NCBI GenBank assembly: GCA_004764695.1
Contig: SMSO01000037.1
Location: forward strand, 1,464,747-1,528,746
Reading direction: 5' to 3'
DNA length: 64,000 nucleotides
DNA from: Schizochytrium sp. TIO01
Taxonomy: Eukaryota; Protista; Bigyra: Labyrinthulomycetes
A program made the translations under genes and the position numbers. Under the pieces are notes generated by a model. That model was not told the origin of the DNA, searched no databases, and was given only the letters and a program-made list of their open reading frames with translations. This document shows, piece by piece, positions 11,649-23,897 of this stretch (the stretch's first letter is position 1; the number at the start of each line of letters is the position of its first letter).

Positions 11649-14600
11649 ATACTGTGTATCTAACTAATTCTATGATTAGGATAGAGCACATCGTCTTCTG
11701 ATTGTAAGTATTGTGCGAGGCATTCCAACGTTGCGCAAATGTGGTTGCGTCGGAGTCTTTCATGTAACTTTTTAATAGTAAAAAAAGTCGTGCGCTTCTT
11801 CTTTGAAACAATTAATAATCATCTTAGATGAGGACTGATTATTTATACGCATATTAGATAGAGAAACCACTGTATTCAAAGTTACTCATTACCAGCTGCC
11901 AAGGAAGCGGCCTACTCACCTTTTCCCGCAACCAAACATGGACAACTGCTAGCCTAGATCAAATATCCAACTCTGCAAACATCGAGCACCATAGCGACTA
12001 TTACCCTTAGGTGCTTCTGTCTCACACCAGAGTCACCTTGTTCAATTTCGTCTCCTTTTTCTGTTTCCCACCTGCAGTCCTTTTTTCTGTTTCTTTTTTC
12101 GTAATTAATTAGTCAGTCCGTTTATTAATTTGTTTATTTTCCTTGCTTGCTTGCTTCCTTCCTTCCGCTTTTGCTCTTCTCCTTCCACACTTGAAGCGGA
12201 CGTCGAAATTGTCTCTGAGTGCTTCCTCACCTAGACTGGTAATTTCGTTCATTCATTTAAACGTGTTCTTAAAATAAACCAGGAAAGCTAAACAATCAGG
12301 AGTAGATAAACAAAGCAACGAAACAACGAACATTTATAACTTTCACAACTGCTGTAAGGCTAGAATATTGTAGTTTGTAAAACAAACAGACCATGTGGCC
12401 TTTTGCGAATTGATCGTTAACTTTTAGCCTGTAAAGCGTGTGACGACAGACTGAGTATCATAGCACCGCCACTGCCGCTAAAGACGAGGACGTATATTTA
12501 AAAACAGCCTTATGGATATGGAAAAAGAAAAGGACACTTACAATTATGACGTTCCCTCAGATCTCTACTAACTTGAAAGGTACGCACCTAGAGGCAATTC
12601 GAGGAGGTTTGAAGAATGCTAATCCTCTGGTTCTACTATTCGGTATCAGGATAATTTTGTTTGATCAAACAGCAAGTGTCACGATTGTTAATACCTAGAA
12701 ACCTAATGAATGTTTTTACTAAAATTGGAAAAAACATTACTAAGCAAGTATTCATTGAACAACAGAAAAAGCATTCCCGGACTTCGTCTTTACTTTTCTT
12801 GCTGCATATTTGACTTTCTTTTCCTCTAGTTTAGTAAATAAGTAGAAACTATTTCTCAACCGTAGTTTTAAAACAAAAACATTTATTTTTAACATTTTCC
12901 AAGTCATTGCCTTTCCTTTTACTTACTGTCACTTTTTACTTTCAAATTGTATTATAAAATACTCCTATATCTATTATATATATCCCCCCTCCCTCCAATT
13001 TTTTTGCTAAATTTTCCTATAGACTTTATTGACAAAACTCCCCTCCCTCTATATTTCTTTAATTTGTTTTTAATTTGTTTTTTAATAACCGAGCGAGGGA
13101 TGTATTTATATAATGAATGTCCAAAAATCTCTCATTCTACCGCAGAACTCGTTTGAACGTGCAGTGAAGAACTAACCGTGAGAAGAAGGGAAAGGCGGAT
13201 GGATCAATTGTCCCTAGACTCGACTCGATGACAAGATCTTGTAGGTGTGTGTCGTGGAGGAAACTATCTACGTAGTCAATCACAGGTTGATAGAATGCAG
13301 TTGGACGGAAGCTTACTGCAAGAAGTAAAAGAACACCCCGAGGAAGGACGGGACAAAACCAGCACGATGCAGAAAATGCTTCAGTTATGTGATATTTTGT
13401 TAGCCACCTTCTCTAGAAAACTCTTCCTGTCTTTCGATTCTTCGTAATTGACAATAATACTTAATCTCAGGGGAAATTTGTTGCGCGTGTACTGATTAAT
13501 CAACCGATGCGAGGAGTAGAATACTTGGAGTTTTCGGTTCCTCAGGTAGCTCTTGGAACACTGATGATCTGACCACCTGGACTTGAATGTAGTCGTGACA
13601 ACTTTCTGTTCTTCTGCCTGCATGTAACTGCACCTACTTTCGAGCTTGCTGTAGGAAAACTCGCTGACTTCTTTTCGTGAGTTTGCATATCCGTGTATGT
13701 TGTTTCAATGTTTCGCGATTGCTAGCCGTTTTTAATGCCACGGAAGCTCTGAAAAAAACAAGTGACTACACAAATGAGAGTAATGAAGCTGGATCTTTTC
13801 TTATGCACTTCAGTAACTACATTTAGTTGCATTTACAAATTGGATAGACAGTTTAGTGAGAACTGAGTCTCGCACGAGATACTTAGAAGTATCCCTTTCA
13901 CCACGACTGTCAAACGTCCTTATATGTAGATTTTGTTGAATTAGATTAGATGCATATATATTATTGTAATATGTGCTTCGTAATAAATTTGTCTTTCCAT
14001 TTCTAAATGGCTTAAAATATAATTTCGACTGGACAATTGCTTTATAAATCTAGCTGCAGATACATCAGGCGCGTTTGCATAAGTTCTGCACTCTTTCAAG
14101 GCGATTCTGGTATTCCGGTTGCGAGGACCTACACGATCAGAATTCAATCATACTTATGCAGATAATTCTGGCTTTCTTTCTATTGCGCGCATATTTCTGC
14201 AACACGACGATTAACGAGGCAGTATATTCGATGAGACTCTGCATTCATCAGACAATCAGTTTGGCTGTATCTGATAATTTGAACCCATGACCGTTGAATT
14301 TCCCAGACAGACGACTCTCCAAACCGGTGGGATCGCTTTCTTGTGTCAAAACTAAACAGATATATCGGATGCTTAAAGGTTAAAGCAGGATGAGATCTCC
14401 TATTTTCATTGCAGAGTTGGCCAACAGATCTCCCCTTTCCCAAGAAACTGGCCTTTTGGAAGTGAAAGAATGAAAGGCTTCCTGGTAGAAGAGATCATTG
14501 AATTAACTTCTCTCATTTAGAAAATTAAACAAAGCGATACTAACATTAAAAATCAAAACATTTTCATTTATATTGAATATTTGCTTCTAATTTCATCTCT

Positions 14601-16906
14601 AGAGGTTTTTAATATCCAATTTTAAATAAAGGAAAGTTAGTATGTGCTACCTACTTTCTTTGTCTATTTATTGATTTAAAAAAGCTTTTCATCAAGTTTT
14701 GGAAATGTGCAATTTAAATTTTAAAACAAGTGCTACGTAGATGTAATTTGTTTAATATAAAAAAGAAAAGAAAAAGAATTAGGGTTAAAGAAAAGCAGTT
14801 CTCAAGAAGAGAATCTTGATTTTGAATATTATAGTTTTTGTTTTAAGTCTGTATATCGATTTTCTAAAAACTCCTATCCCCTAATAACGGTAAAACAGGG
14901 CGCGATTTAATGGTATTCGTAATATTGCTATCTATCAGTAATAGGAGTAGGTAATAGTGCAGGAAGTAAGATTCTCCAGATTCACGACCTGCAGTTCTGC
15001 AGGTGTCAGCTGAAGTATCCCTGCTTTCTTCACATCAAAAGCAATCAGGCGACGATTTTCTCTTTTTATTCTTTTACTATTCATTTCAAGAACAGCTTAG
15101 TATGATTTCGACATACAAAGTCAGGGACATGTTTGAGCCAAAGCCGCTAGTACTGCACTTTGCATACGCTTTGAGTTGTTTGAAGTACTAGGCGCAGAGA
15201 TTTTTTCAATGCAAGCTGTTGAGGTATAAATACTTCAAGAGCAAAGCCAAATAATTACACGAGGAGCCTTCGTCTTGTTCGAGTGGCTGAGTCCGTGGGC
15301 CAAAGAGAAGTAGATAGAAGTATAGTATTTTAGGGGCAAGTAAAACTTTTGTTTCCATAGAACGACACTATATTCAGGCGAACAACTGAACATAAAGACA
15401 AAAGACTAAGAAAAGTTTGTTTGGGATTGCCGTTGGAGTGATTCTCCAAAATTCATAAATGAGGTAAGTGCTGCAAATTGTATCTATAGTTAGGAGTATT
15501 TGAGTGTAAAAACGTCCCATCATACATACTTCATTGCGAACCTAAATTGCAACTCGACATCACCGAGAGTATTGCCACAACAAAGAAGTTTAGCCTTTGT
15601 GAAGAAGCAGTTCCTGTTGTTCATTAACAATCACAAGCCGCCAGGCAAACTCTTTTTATGCAGTGCAGTGCCCAGGCCCCGCTAACAAACCAAAAGCACA
15701 CAGACCTGATTCTTCATTCTGTTAGCAATACTTGATCACTCAATCACCATGTGCACAATACTGTTCAGATAATTGGTAGGATATCAATACTACTTCCTAC
15801 CACCTGTAGGAAGATACATGAAGTTTATCAAATACAAAGGAATATGTTCTATTTACTACTACCCATCGTATAAGTCAGCTAGCTTCTTTAAATACCATCA
15901 ACAATAGTCCTGCTGTTCTATAATTGTTTTCTTTTAAACCTGGAGGTCATATATAGTAATACGGTATATTACTTTATAGGAATTCAAAGTTTAGAATTTA
16001 TTCTACAGCAATTGTTTTGCCAGCCTGGAAGATATCTGACCCCTTTTTCACGACAAATTCTACACCACTTCACTCATTCTCGCTAGCCAAGATCATTCAT
16101 ATCAATCACTGCAAATACAAGCTTGAATGTTACCTGGAGTTTTGCCCCAAGTCCATGGTCAAAGGGGAATTCGAGGTCAGCTTCTGTATGAGCTCGAAAT
16201 TATTAAATCACTGAGGCATACTTTCATCCAAAGTCGATGTTCAACGAAAGATAGCGGTTCTCATTCGATTAATACATACGACGTTTATCTGTACTCACAA
16301 ACATGTGTACACTCGTACCCGAGGCTTTCTCTCAGAAAGACTGATGATCGCCATTCATTGGCAAATAGGGTTAACAACTCATTTCATCAGATAATCTTTC
16401 CCGGACGCTGCTAGTTTTAGAGAAAATTCTATCAGGTACGAGTAGTAGGAGGAAAGGCTGAAGGAAAGCTGTGGAAATAAAGACTGGATGGGTAATTTAA
16501 TCAAGTTTCTTCAATTAAAAGCTTAGGTAGGTTAGCTCATTCGTCCGTAGAAACTCCAAGTATACTTCGTTTTATTTTAATAAGTTATGTCATTGCATAG
16601 AGCGTTCGCAAAGAAACCCTGCTATTTCTCCTTGACCCACAGAACTTGTTGCAGAGCCTACTTCCAGGACGATCTAAAATGTGACTCTTTCATTCTGCTG
16701 ATGACCTTGGTCTTATGTCCAACTCACAGCTACAATGACAGGACAGGCATCAATGAAACTCTCTCTTATCACTGACAGTTTGGCATTTCAACGTATTATG
16801 ATTGCAAGCAAATCACTATTCGTCTTTTTCAACTCCGAGCTTTCCCCTCCTCTTAACTTACCACTAACCCACTGGACTTTATAATATATTTTTTCATATT
16901 CTTCTA

Positions 16907-16937
<31 letters not shown>
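16907..16937. repeat. (TCTG)7 microsatellite followed by degenerate TCTA/TCTG units
   Basis: Read directly from the sequence. Confidence 0.9.
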
Positions 16938-16940
<3 letters not shown>

Positions 16941-18236
16941 CACTATCTATCCAACAATCTATTTATCTGTCTGTTTGTTTGCTTCTTTGCTTGTATGTAA
17001 GCTGAAGCGTATTTTTAATTGGTAAATGAGGTATGATTGAGACTTTCAGTGAGCCTTGACTCTTGTGTCGCCCAAGGATAAACCATCCATGATGAACAGA
17101 AGCAGGATAAAGTGAGTGAGGAGTACCGTTAGCAAGCTTTTTCGTTTCCATGTACATTTTTGAAAAGTGGGCTAGATGTATACAAAACCAGATTATCAAA
17201 TTCGCTTAATAAGACTAGCCAGAGTAAAAGGTGCTCTAAAACTCCGATCGTGTGGGCTTGCGTTGCAAGATCGATCGTGCAGGGGTGGTAAAAATTAAGT
17301 AAATTGAAAAAAAAAAAGCAAAAAAAAACATTTATTTTCTAAATTTTAATATTTTTTCTTTATATAAATGATGTCAAGATTGAAAACTACTTCTCTATTA
17401 CTAGATAATGGATAGGGGGTAGGTATAGAGATAGCTAACTAGTCAGAGTGGCATTTTTCGATAGGAAAGTAACTGCCAATCATGCCAATTCGTGTGCTGC
17501 ATTCAGGTGTACCCTAAATGTTGTCATTAATATTCATAGAGTTCAGCCTTAGTGAATCCGTACGATCCTTTGAACAGCGACTTTCGCTGGGATGGTTGCT
17601 CTCTTTTTGTCGAACAAGGCGAAATAAAAAACCACTGATTGAATAAAATAAATAACAAGTGGGGCGCCTCAAAGCAGTACCTACCTACAAGTTAGCACCA
17701 TAGGAAAAACTAGCATTGACAGACATGAGTGACTCATTCCAGGTGATCTTCTGGCCAGCCAGCCGCAGCTTGACCAGGTGGACTCTTCTAGCAATAGACC
17801 TCAAGAAAATTGGGTGGCGCAAATGATATCACCATGACATTGGTTCAACTGGCGCGGACGGTGATCGTGTAGCATGCCTGGCCACCTCTCATCTGAATCT
17901 TTTATCTGCTAAAAAAACTAAAATAAAGTGGTTGTTAGGGGCAAGAGAGATAGAGATAGGAAGTACCACTTCGTCAATTTCACCAAGCATTTCGAAAACT
18001 ACCGCAGACAGAGATCTTGTCATTACAGAGACTATACTTTTTTGCATGAACAGAAGAAGCTCAAGCATATTCGACACCTCTGAGGGAAAGGAACTTATCC
18101 AAATAAATCAGGCACCCATACTGGCAATAGCAACCGTTTTATTCTGGGTAGCTATATCTGAAACGCAGAAAGTATAGAACTAGACTGACTTTTTACATTA
18201 ACAGTGCAGATGAAGAGAATGTTCTGGAACGATCGA

Positions 18237-18314
18237 GGCTTCACATAATGCGGACACATAAAATGGAAATTAATTGGCTTCACATAATGCGGGCACATAA
18301 AATGGAGATTAATT
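18237..18314. repeat. Tandem duplication, 2 x 39 bp with 2 mismatches
   Basis: GGCTTCACATAATGCGG(A/G)CACATAAAATGGA(A/G)ATTAATT occurs at 18237 and 18276. Confidence 0.92.
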
Positions 18315-21300
18315 ACTCAAAGTGAGGCTGCGAAAGAGTAGCTCTCTACGATCTCTCTCCAGCAGCTTGATTCGCGATTTAGAACTTTCCAAAAAACTTA
18401 CTCTTGGCATCAAATAGAATGTTTTATTCTTTTCTGTTTTAATTAAATACGTATATATAATGGCACTGTACGTATGCTGGTTTTAAACATCTTTTTGGGC
18501 TACACAAAACCTTATCACACCATAATTATTGCAATATTCCTGATCTAAAGTTTAAGTTCAATTTTGGGGTAGTTTTGCATGTATCCGTCCCTAGAAAAGG
18601 AAAACAAAATCCACTACAAGAAGACATGTGAGAAAAAGCTATCTCCAATTCGCTCTACTACAAAAACCATAGCTAGCTCTTTGAGACCATCACTCATGAT
18701 AAAGCAGAAGCTCTACTCTGATCTTGCTGTTACAACCCTTGCAAAGTTTGAAAGGCATTTCCAGTCATGTGAGTGAACTTCATGAAGGGCTATATACAGG
18801 GGAAATATCGATATTACAGGTATTCAAGTGTAAGTGTCTTTGAAAGACCCGGTCTCAAACAATTGGACTCCTTCTGTTGTAATAAGAGTTTTAATCATAC
18901 TACTAGCGAACACTACGTGAGTTTAGTGTGTTTAGTAGGATATTTTCATAACAGTTGAGGTACACTTCCTACTCACTAGCTATCTCGATCGAAATCCGAA
19001 ACGCATAGAACACCTGTGCACGCTGGAGAATTCCCTTGAAAGACAAGTTGCACACTGTCGACAATTAAAATTTATTTGTTATTTGAAAAATGCTTTGTTT
19101 TATTTTGTTTATTTTTATTTCGCGAATCGGTCTCTTTTTATTTTACATTGACTTTCATACACCTCTTCATTTTAATTTTTTTATATTAAAAAAAAGGAGC
19201 ATTTAATATTTAATATGAAGTTAACTGAAGAGCTAATACTTCTGCAATGAGAGGTGTCTGGATAATCTGTTAGGCAAAAAATACTATTAGAGAATACATC
19301 GGTCAGTATCCGAGGTTAAAAATGTGCTCTATTCCATTATAGCTCTATTGGTTAACTTCTCTCAATCGTTCTACTTTTACAAAACGTTTTAATCTTAGTT
19401 AATAAATTCTTTCAAGGCCAATCTCTTTTTATATTTTAGCTCTGCCAAGTAATGAATTGTATGTGAAATAACATACCACAGTCTTAAATCTTTATCTTTC
19501 TTCTTAAGTTGAGAACAAATCATGCGCACTAATATTTTAATTTAATTTTCTTTAAATAAACATCAGATATTACTACTAAACCTAGAGATATTCAGTTTAT
19601 TGTGATAATTTGGTCTTTGCAAAACCCTGTTGGTTGCCAAGATCCCAAGTATACCTGTCGAGGAAACCGACGCTTTATCACCTCCTGCTTCCTTGTCACA
19701 TTCAAATATAAGATATAAGAATCAACATTATAAGTATTTAACGGACCATCTAGTATAATAACAAACTAGAACAGAATTATGTATGTCGTATTTCTCGTCA
19801 GAGATTTTCCTGATTCTCTTTTCTTCTGCAAGGAGAGGCAAAAATAATAAAGGAAGACAATATGTGGACCATGTCTGTAGTTTCATTAGTACGAATGATG
19901 GGGTTGAACAATAGATTAGGTGAAACACCAGTACACATGATAGGCATCTTTTCTGAGATGTTCTCCAAGTAGAAATGAACTCAATTTACAGTATTGATAT
20001 TTTCCTGCAATGCACTCTCTGGTTTTTGTTTTGAACGTTGATGTATTCTTCTGATTGAGTACTTTCAGAAACATTGTCTCGTCATAGATTTCGGTTCGTT
20101 TCATGGAACAGAAAATTGATCTATACAACTTTATTTGAAACGGAATATTCGCCACCTCTGGTTGCTGCATGTCCTGTGCAACTACTATGTTTTGAACTAC
20201 AGAGAAAGCATCTACGTACCAGCTGAAGCAGCGAATAAACCAGGTTGCAATATTGCCTTTTGAGAAGTCGTCGCTGTTTTATATAACGTATCTGCATTTT
20301 CGTTGAAGAGTTTTTTAAATTAATAAATAATGTGTGGTAGTATAGATATACATATGAAAAAACTAATTAATATTTTTTATTCTTTAATGAGATGAAACTA
20401 TAACATTTTCCAAATATATCTAATTCTTTTATAAACACTGCATCTTCATATGAATGTTTCTTTATTTATCTTTATATTTATAAAAGTAAATAATTCCTTT
20501 TAGTACTAAGTGAGGTGGAAAGAGAGAGTATCACTACTATTAGGACTGAACCTATCCATTTTCGAGTTGTCTTGGCGATTCGCAGGTAACTGGTCTGTTG
20601 GGGAAACTTAATTAGGCAACTGAGAGTTATTCAACGGTCCTTCTCAAAGTACCCGTATAGCTGAGGGAGAGTGAGTCCTATGAATTAAAAAGAGTATTGC
20701 AATCCAAATATTCTATACAGTATTAACATGAGGGCACTCGCGGAGGATATCGAGTTGAGCCACGAAAGAGCATGGTAGCTTTTTTCCTGCTGCAGAATAT
20801 AATTTTGGAAATGTCGGAAAGCTGATGCCTATTTTTTTTGCTGCACGATATTTTTGTCGGAGTAGCTATATGACTATAAAAATGTAGATTCTGTGCGGAC
20901 TATTTCAAGTGCAAGATGTATCATATTCAAGGCATTCTCGTACCGATGCATATCTCCAGTGAAATAGTAGGAAGCGGCGCTTACTCGTTTCTTCATAAAT
21001 TCAGTGAGTATGGACTGAGCTATCAATCTATTTGCCAACAACAACAATTAAAAAAAATAAAAACTCAGGAGAACTATCATTCTCATTGGATGGTTGCGTA
21101 CAGTTGATAATCTCCACACCTATGTGATTCGCAGGCGGGTAAGCATCCGATCAATCCAAAGATGAACCCTTTCTATTTTAATCATCCTTTGACGTATGCT
21201 ACCACGTAATAATGATGAAACTTGGCGTTTCTCTCAAACTAAAAAACGGTAAATACAGCAAAATCATAAATTGGCGTATGATTCCTGAAGGCGTATGTCA

Positions 21301-23867
21301 TATATTCTATGTTCTGAATACAAAAGTTCTATGCAACATCGGTGATGCTGGTTTGTCCTCGATAAATGGGTTGCAGATTTACCACTACAGTTTCTCGAAG
21401 AGTTGATAACTACTTCGCATCCCCGGGAGCCGTGCTAGGTTGCGTCTCGTGAGAAGTTATTATGTCCATGGCAAACGGAAACATAGTAGATCTTGGCAAT
21501 ATGATGGCAATACGAGATTCTTTACAAGTTCCTCGGAGTCGCTCAGAGTCAGGGACCGCGTCGCTTGAGTGGCATAACAATCACAGCACAGTGCGCTGCA
21601 ACGGATAATTTTACTTCAGCATTTCAGTTTCTAATACTTTTATAAACATTATTTCTAATTAAATATAAATATTGTATATGTACAACTATGTTCGATCGTG
21701 AGATCATTCATACTATCTGCTCCATACGCTTAGTTTACCTTGGGAAGCTCCTGCGTTTGATAGACTGAAGGATGACACACTTTCACAGGATCAGGCTGGT
21801 CTTGCTCCTTTCCAACAGTCATCGGCTTCGGGTCGCGTCAGCTACGATTTGCTCGTTTGAGATGTTTTAAGTCCTGACTCTGGTCAGTCAATTTTTTATT
21901 TATTTTTTTTATTTGAAGTTAATATTTATATTAAACCACAAAGTACACAAAACAGCTGATCTGGCTGGCTGCAATGAATATTAGAACCGAAGGCAGAGTT
22001 AGAGAGCTCCTTTTAGGACCATCAATACCATCCTCAGGTGGCCATGGCATCTCAACATCCAGAGGCGCAGTAGTCTTTCATGGTTTCTAGCGGGCTAAAA
22101 TTTGAGAGAAGATACAACCTTGAGGACATATCTCTGATAAGAATTCATATAAATTCAAACCGACTGCAGTAAGAAGGTAACATATCTATGCATCTGTTGT
22201 AAATGCATGGGTGGTTTCATTTTCTTTCATCCGGTGAAAATCTGTACAAATGTAGTTGGATGTCTTATCACAATAAAAGATCGTTGCGTGCCACTCCTAT
22301 CAGATAATTCAATTTGCACCTGCTCGAATATGCTTACTGTGTAAATGTTTAGACTTTCACGAATTGTATAATTCAAAACTCAAAGAGACTACATACACTA
22401 CCATGATTATTGATTGTTAGATAGTACGTCTACTTTGCATTCATTTGGGGGTGCTATATCCTTTTTCAAGAAGTGCAACTATCCCATCTTTTACCTTTGC
22501 GCCACGCCTTTCATCTCTCAACCACCCCCCCCGCCCCCCCTTTCAAGTTCCTCTCCTCTCACCTAAAAGAGAATGAGCTTGAAAGTACTTGGTTTCAAAA
22601 CTTCAAACTTGCATGCATGATCAGTATAGCAGGTACTTTTAGTATGAGTAAAATAAATTTGACTTTTTTTAATAAAGTGATTTAAACAATCAATTTAACC
22701 TACTAATAAGTGAATAACTTTTGTCCAGGATTCTAGGGTTCCAGGCTCGCAGAAGCTTCCTCCAAGCCAAACTTCTTTTGAGCCATCTTCCTGGAGGAGC
22801 TTGGAGAAAGGCGAGCGTCGTTCATTATTCTTCTAACTTCACTACGAATGGCAACCTGAGAAGGCACTCAATCGAGGATTTGAGGCCGCCATGAACTGAA
22901 AACCACCCCCCAGCATCCAAGATTTGGAGAGCTTTTTTTTTTGCTTTTTTTCTTTTCAAATGGCTATTTGTACCCTAGGCTTCTTACCTGATACTGAGTT
23001 TCTACTCAGGCAAAAGAATAGAATAGGAATAACCTCTGACCAGAGTGCGTGTGCGTATAAGTTTCTCACCCACAAGGCCTTTTTCAAAGTACATACCATG
23101 AGTAGGTGCATAACACACCAGCAATAGCATATGGTTTAGTTTATTTGATTTTTTAATCCAGGTAAAAGATTTGACTTAGCCACTAATCTGACTCCGAAGA
23201 GTATTCAAGCTACCTCCTCTTTTTTCTTTCTTCTTTCTTTTCTGTGGCTTGAGAATTTGTTTGTTTATATTTTTAGAGGTGTTTCTTTATTATATGAATT
23301 GATGAGATGATGCAAGAGGGAAATGTAAGTTTTCAATTTTCGCCCCAAGACTACTCCTCTTAAACCAACCCAAATTGTGGGTTTGTGACAACAACAAAAA
23401 AGAACTCTTCTTGGTGCCCTTTCCCGGTTCTACTGACCAGCCTTGAAACTGAATGTTTTGCCTCCGCATGCGAACGCATCATGATGTAATTTATGCGCTC
23501 AGCACATAAAATCAAGTCAACTGTGCGCCAAGCTAAAAATAAACTGCTTCATTTACATAGGTGAAACCATGGTCATAAGCATCCTGACTTTCCTCCATAA
23601 TCTTCTAACTCCATATTAAACCCACCTGACTAGTGTCAGGTTCTTGGCATTCTCAAATCAGGAACATGGCAGGTGAGAATCACCACGAATCACCACAAAT
23701 ATGCGCAATCATCTGTGAAGATCTCTACCTGGAGGAGGGAATTAGATAGAAATGAACTGTATGCTACTAATCATCTTAATGCGGTTGCCTTACCTCCTTT
23801 CTTTAAATACTATTTCAATACTCTCTGGCTGGAATGAAACTTCTTTTTAAGTCTGTGAAGTGGATAG

Positions 23868-23897
23868 GGTAGGTAGGTAGGTAGGTAAGTAGGTAGG
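23868..23897. repeat. (GGTA)n imperfect microsatellite
   Basis: ggtaggtaggtaggtaggtaagtaggtagg, read directly. Confidence 0.85.

Noticed and set aside
11563-11811. 82-aa ORF with a poly-Leu pseudo-transmembrane stretch
   Set aside because: The Leu run is the (AAG)n microsatellite read on the other strand.
18237-18314. 39-bp repeat pair (and the 35-bp pair at 62901) as a possible CRISPR-like array
   Set aside because: Only two directly abutting copies with no spacers and no cas genes, in a eukaryotic context.
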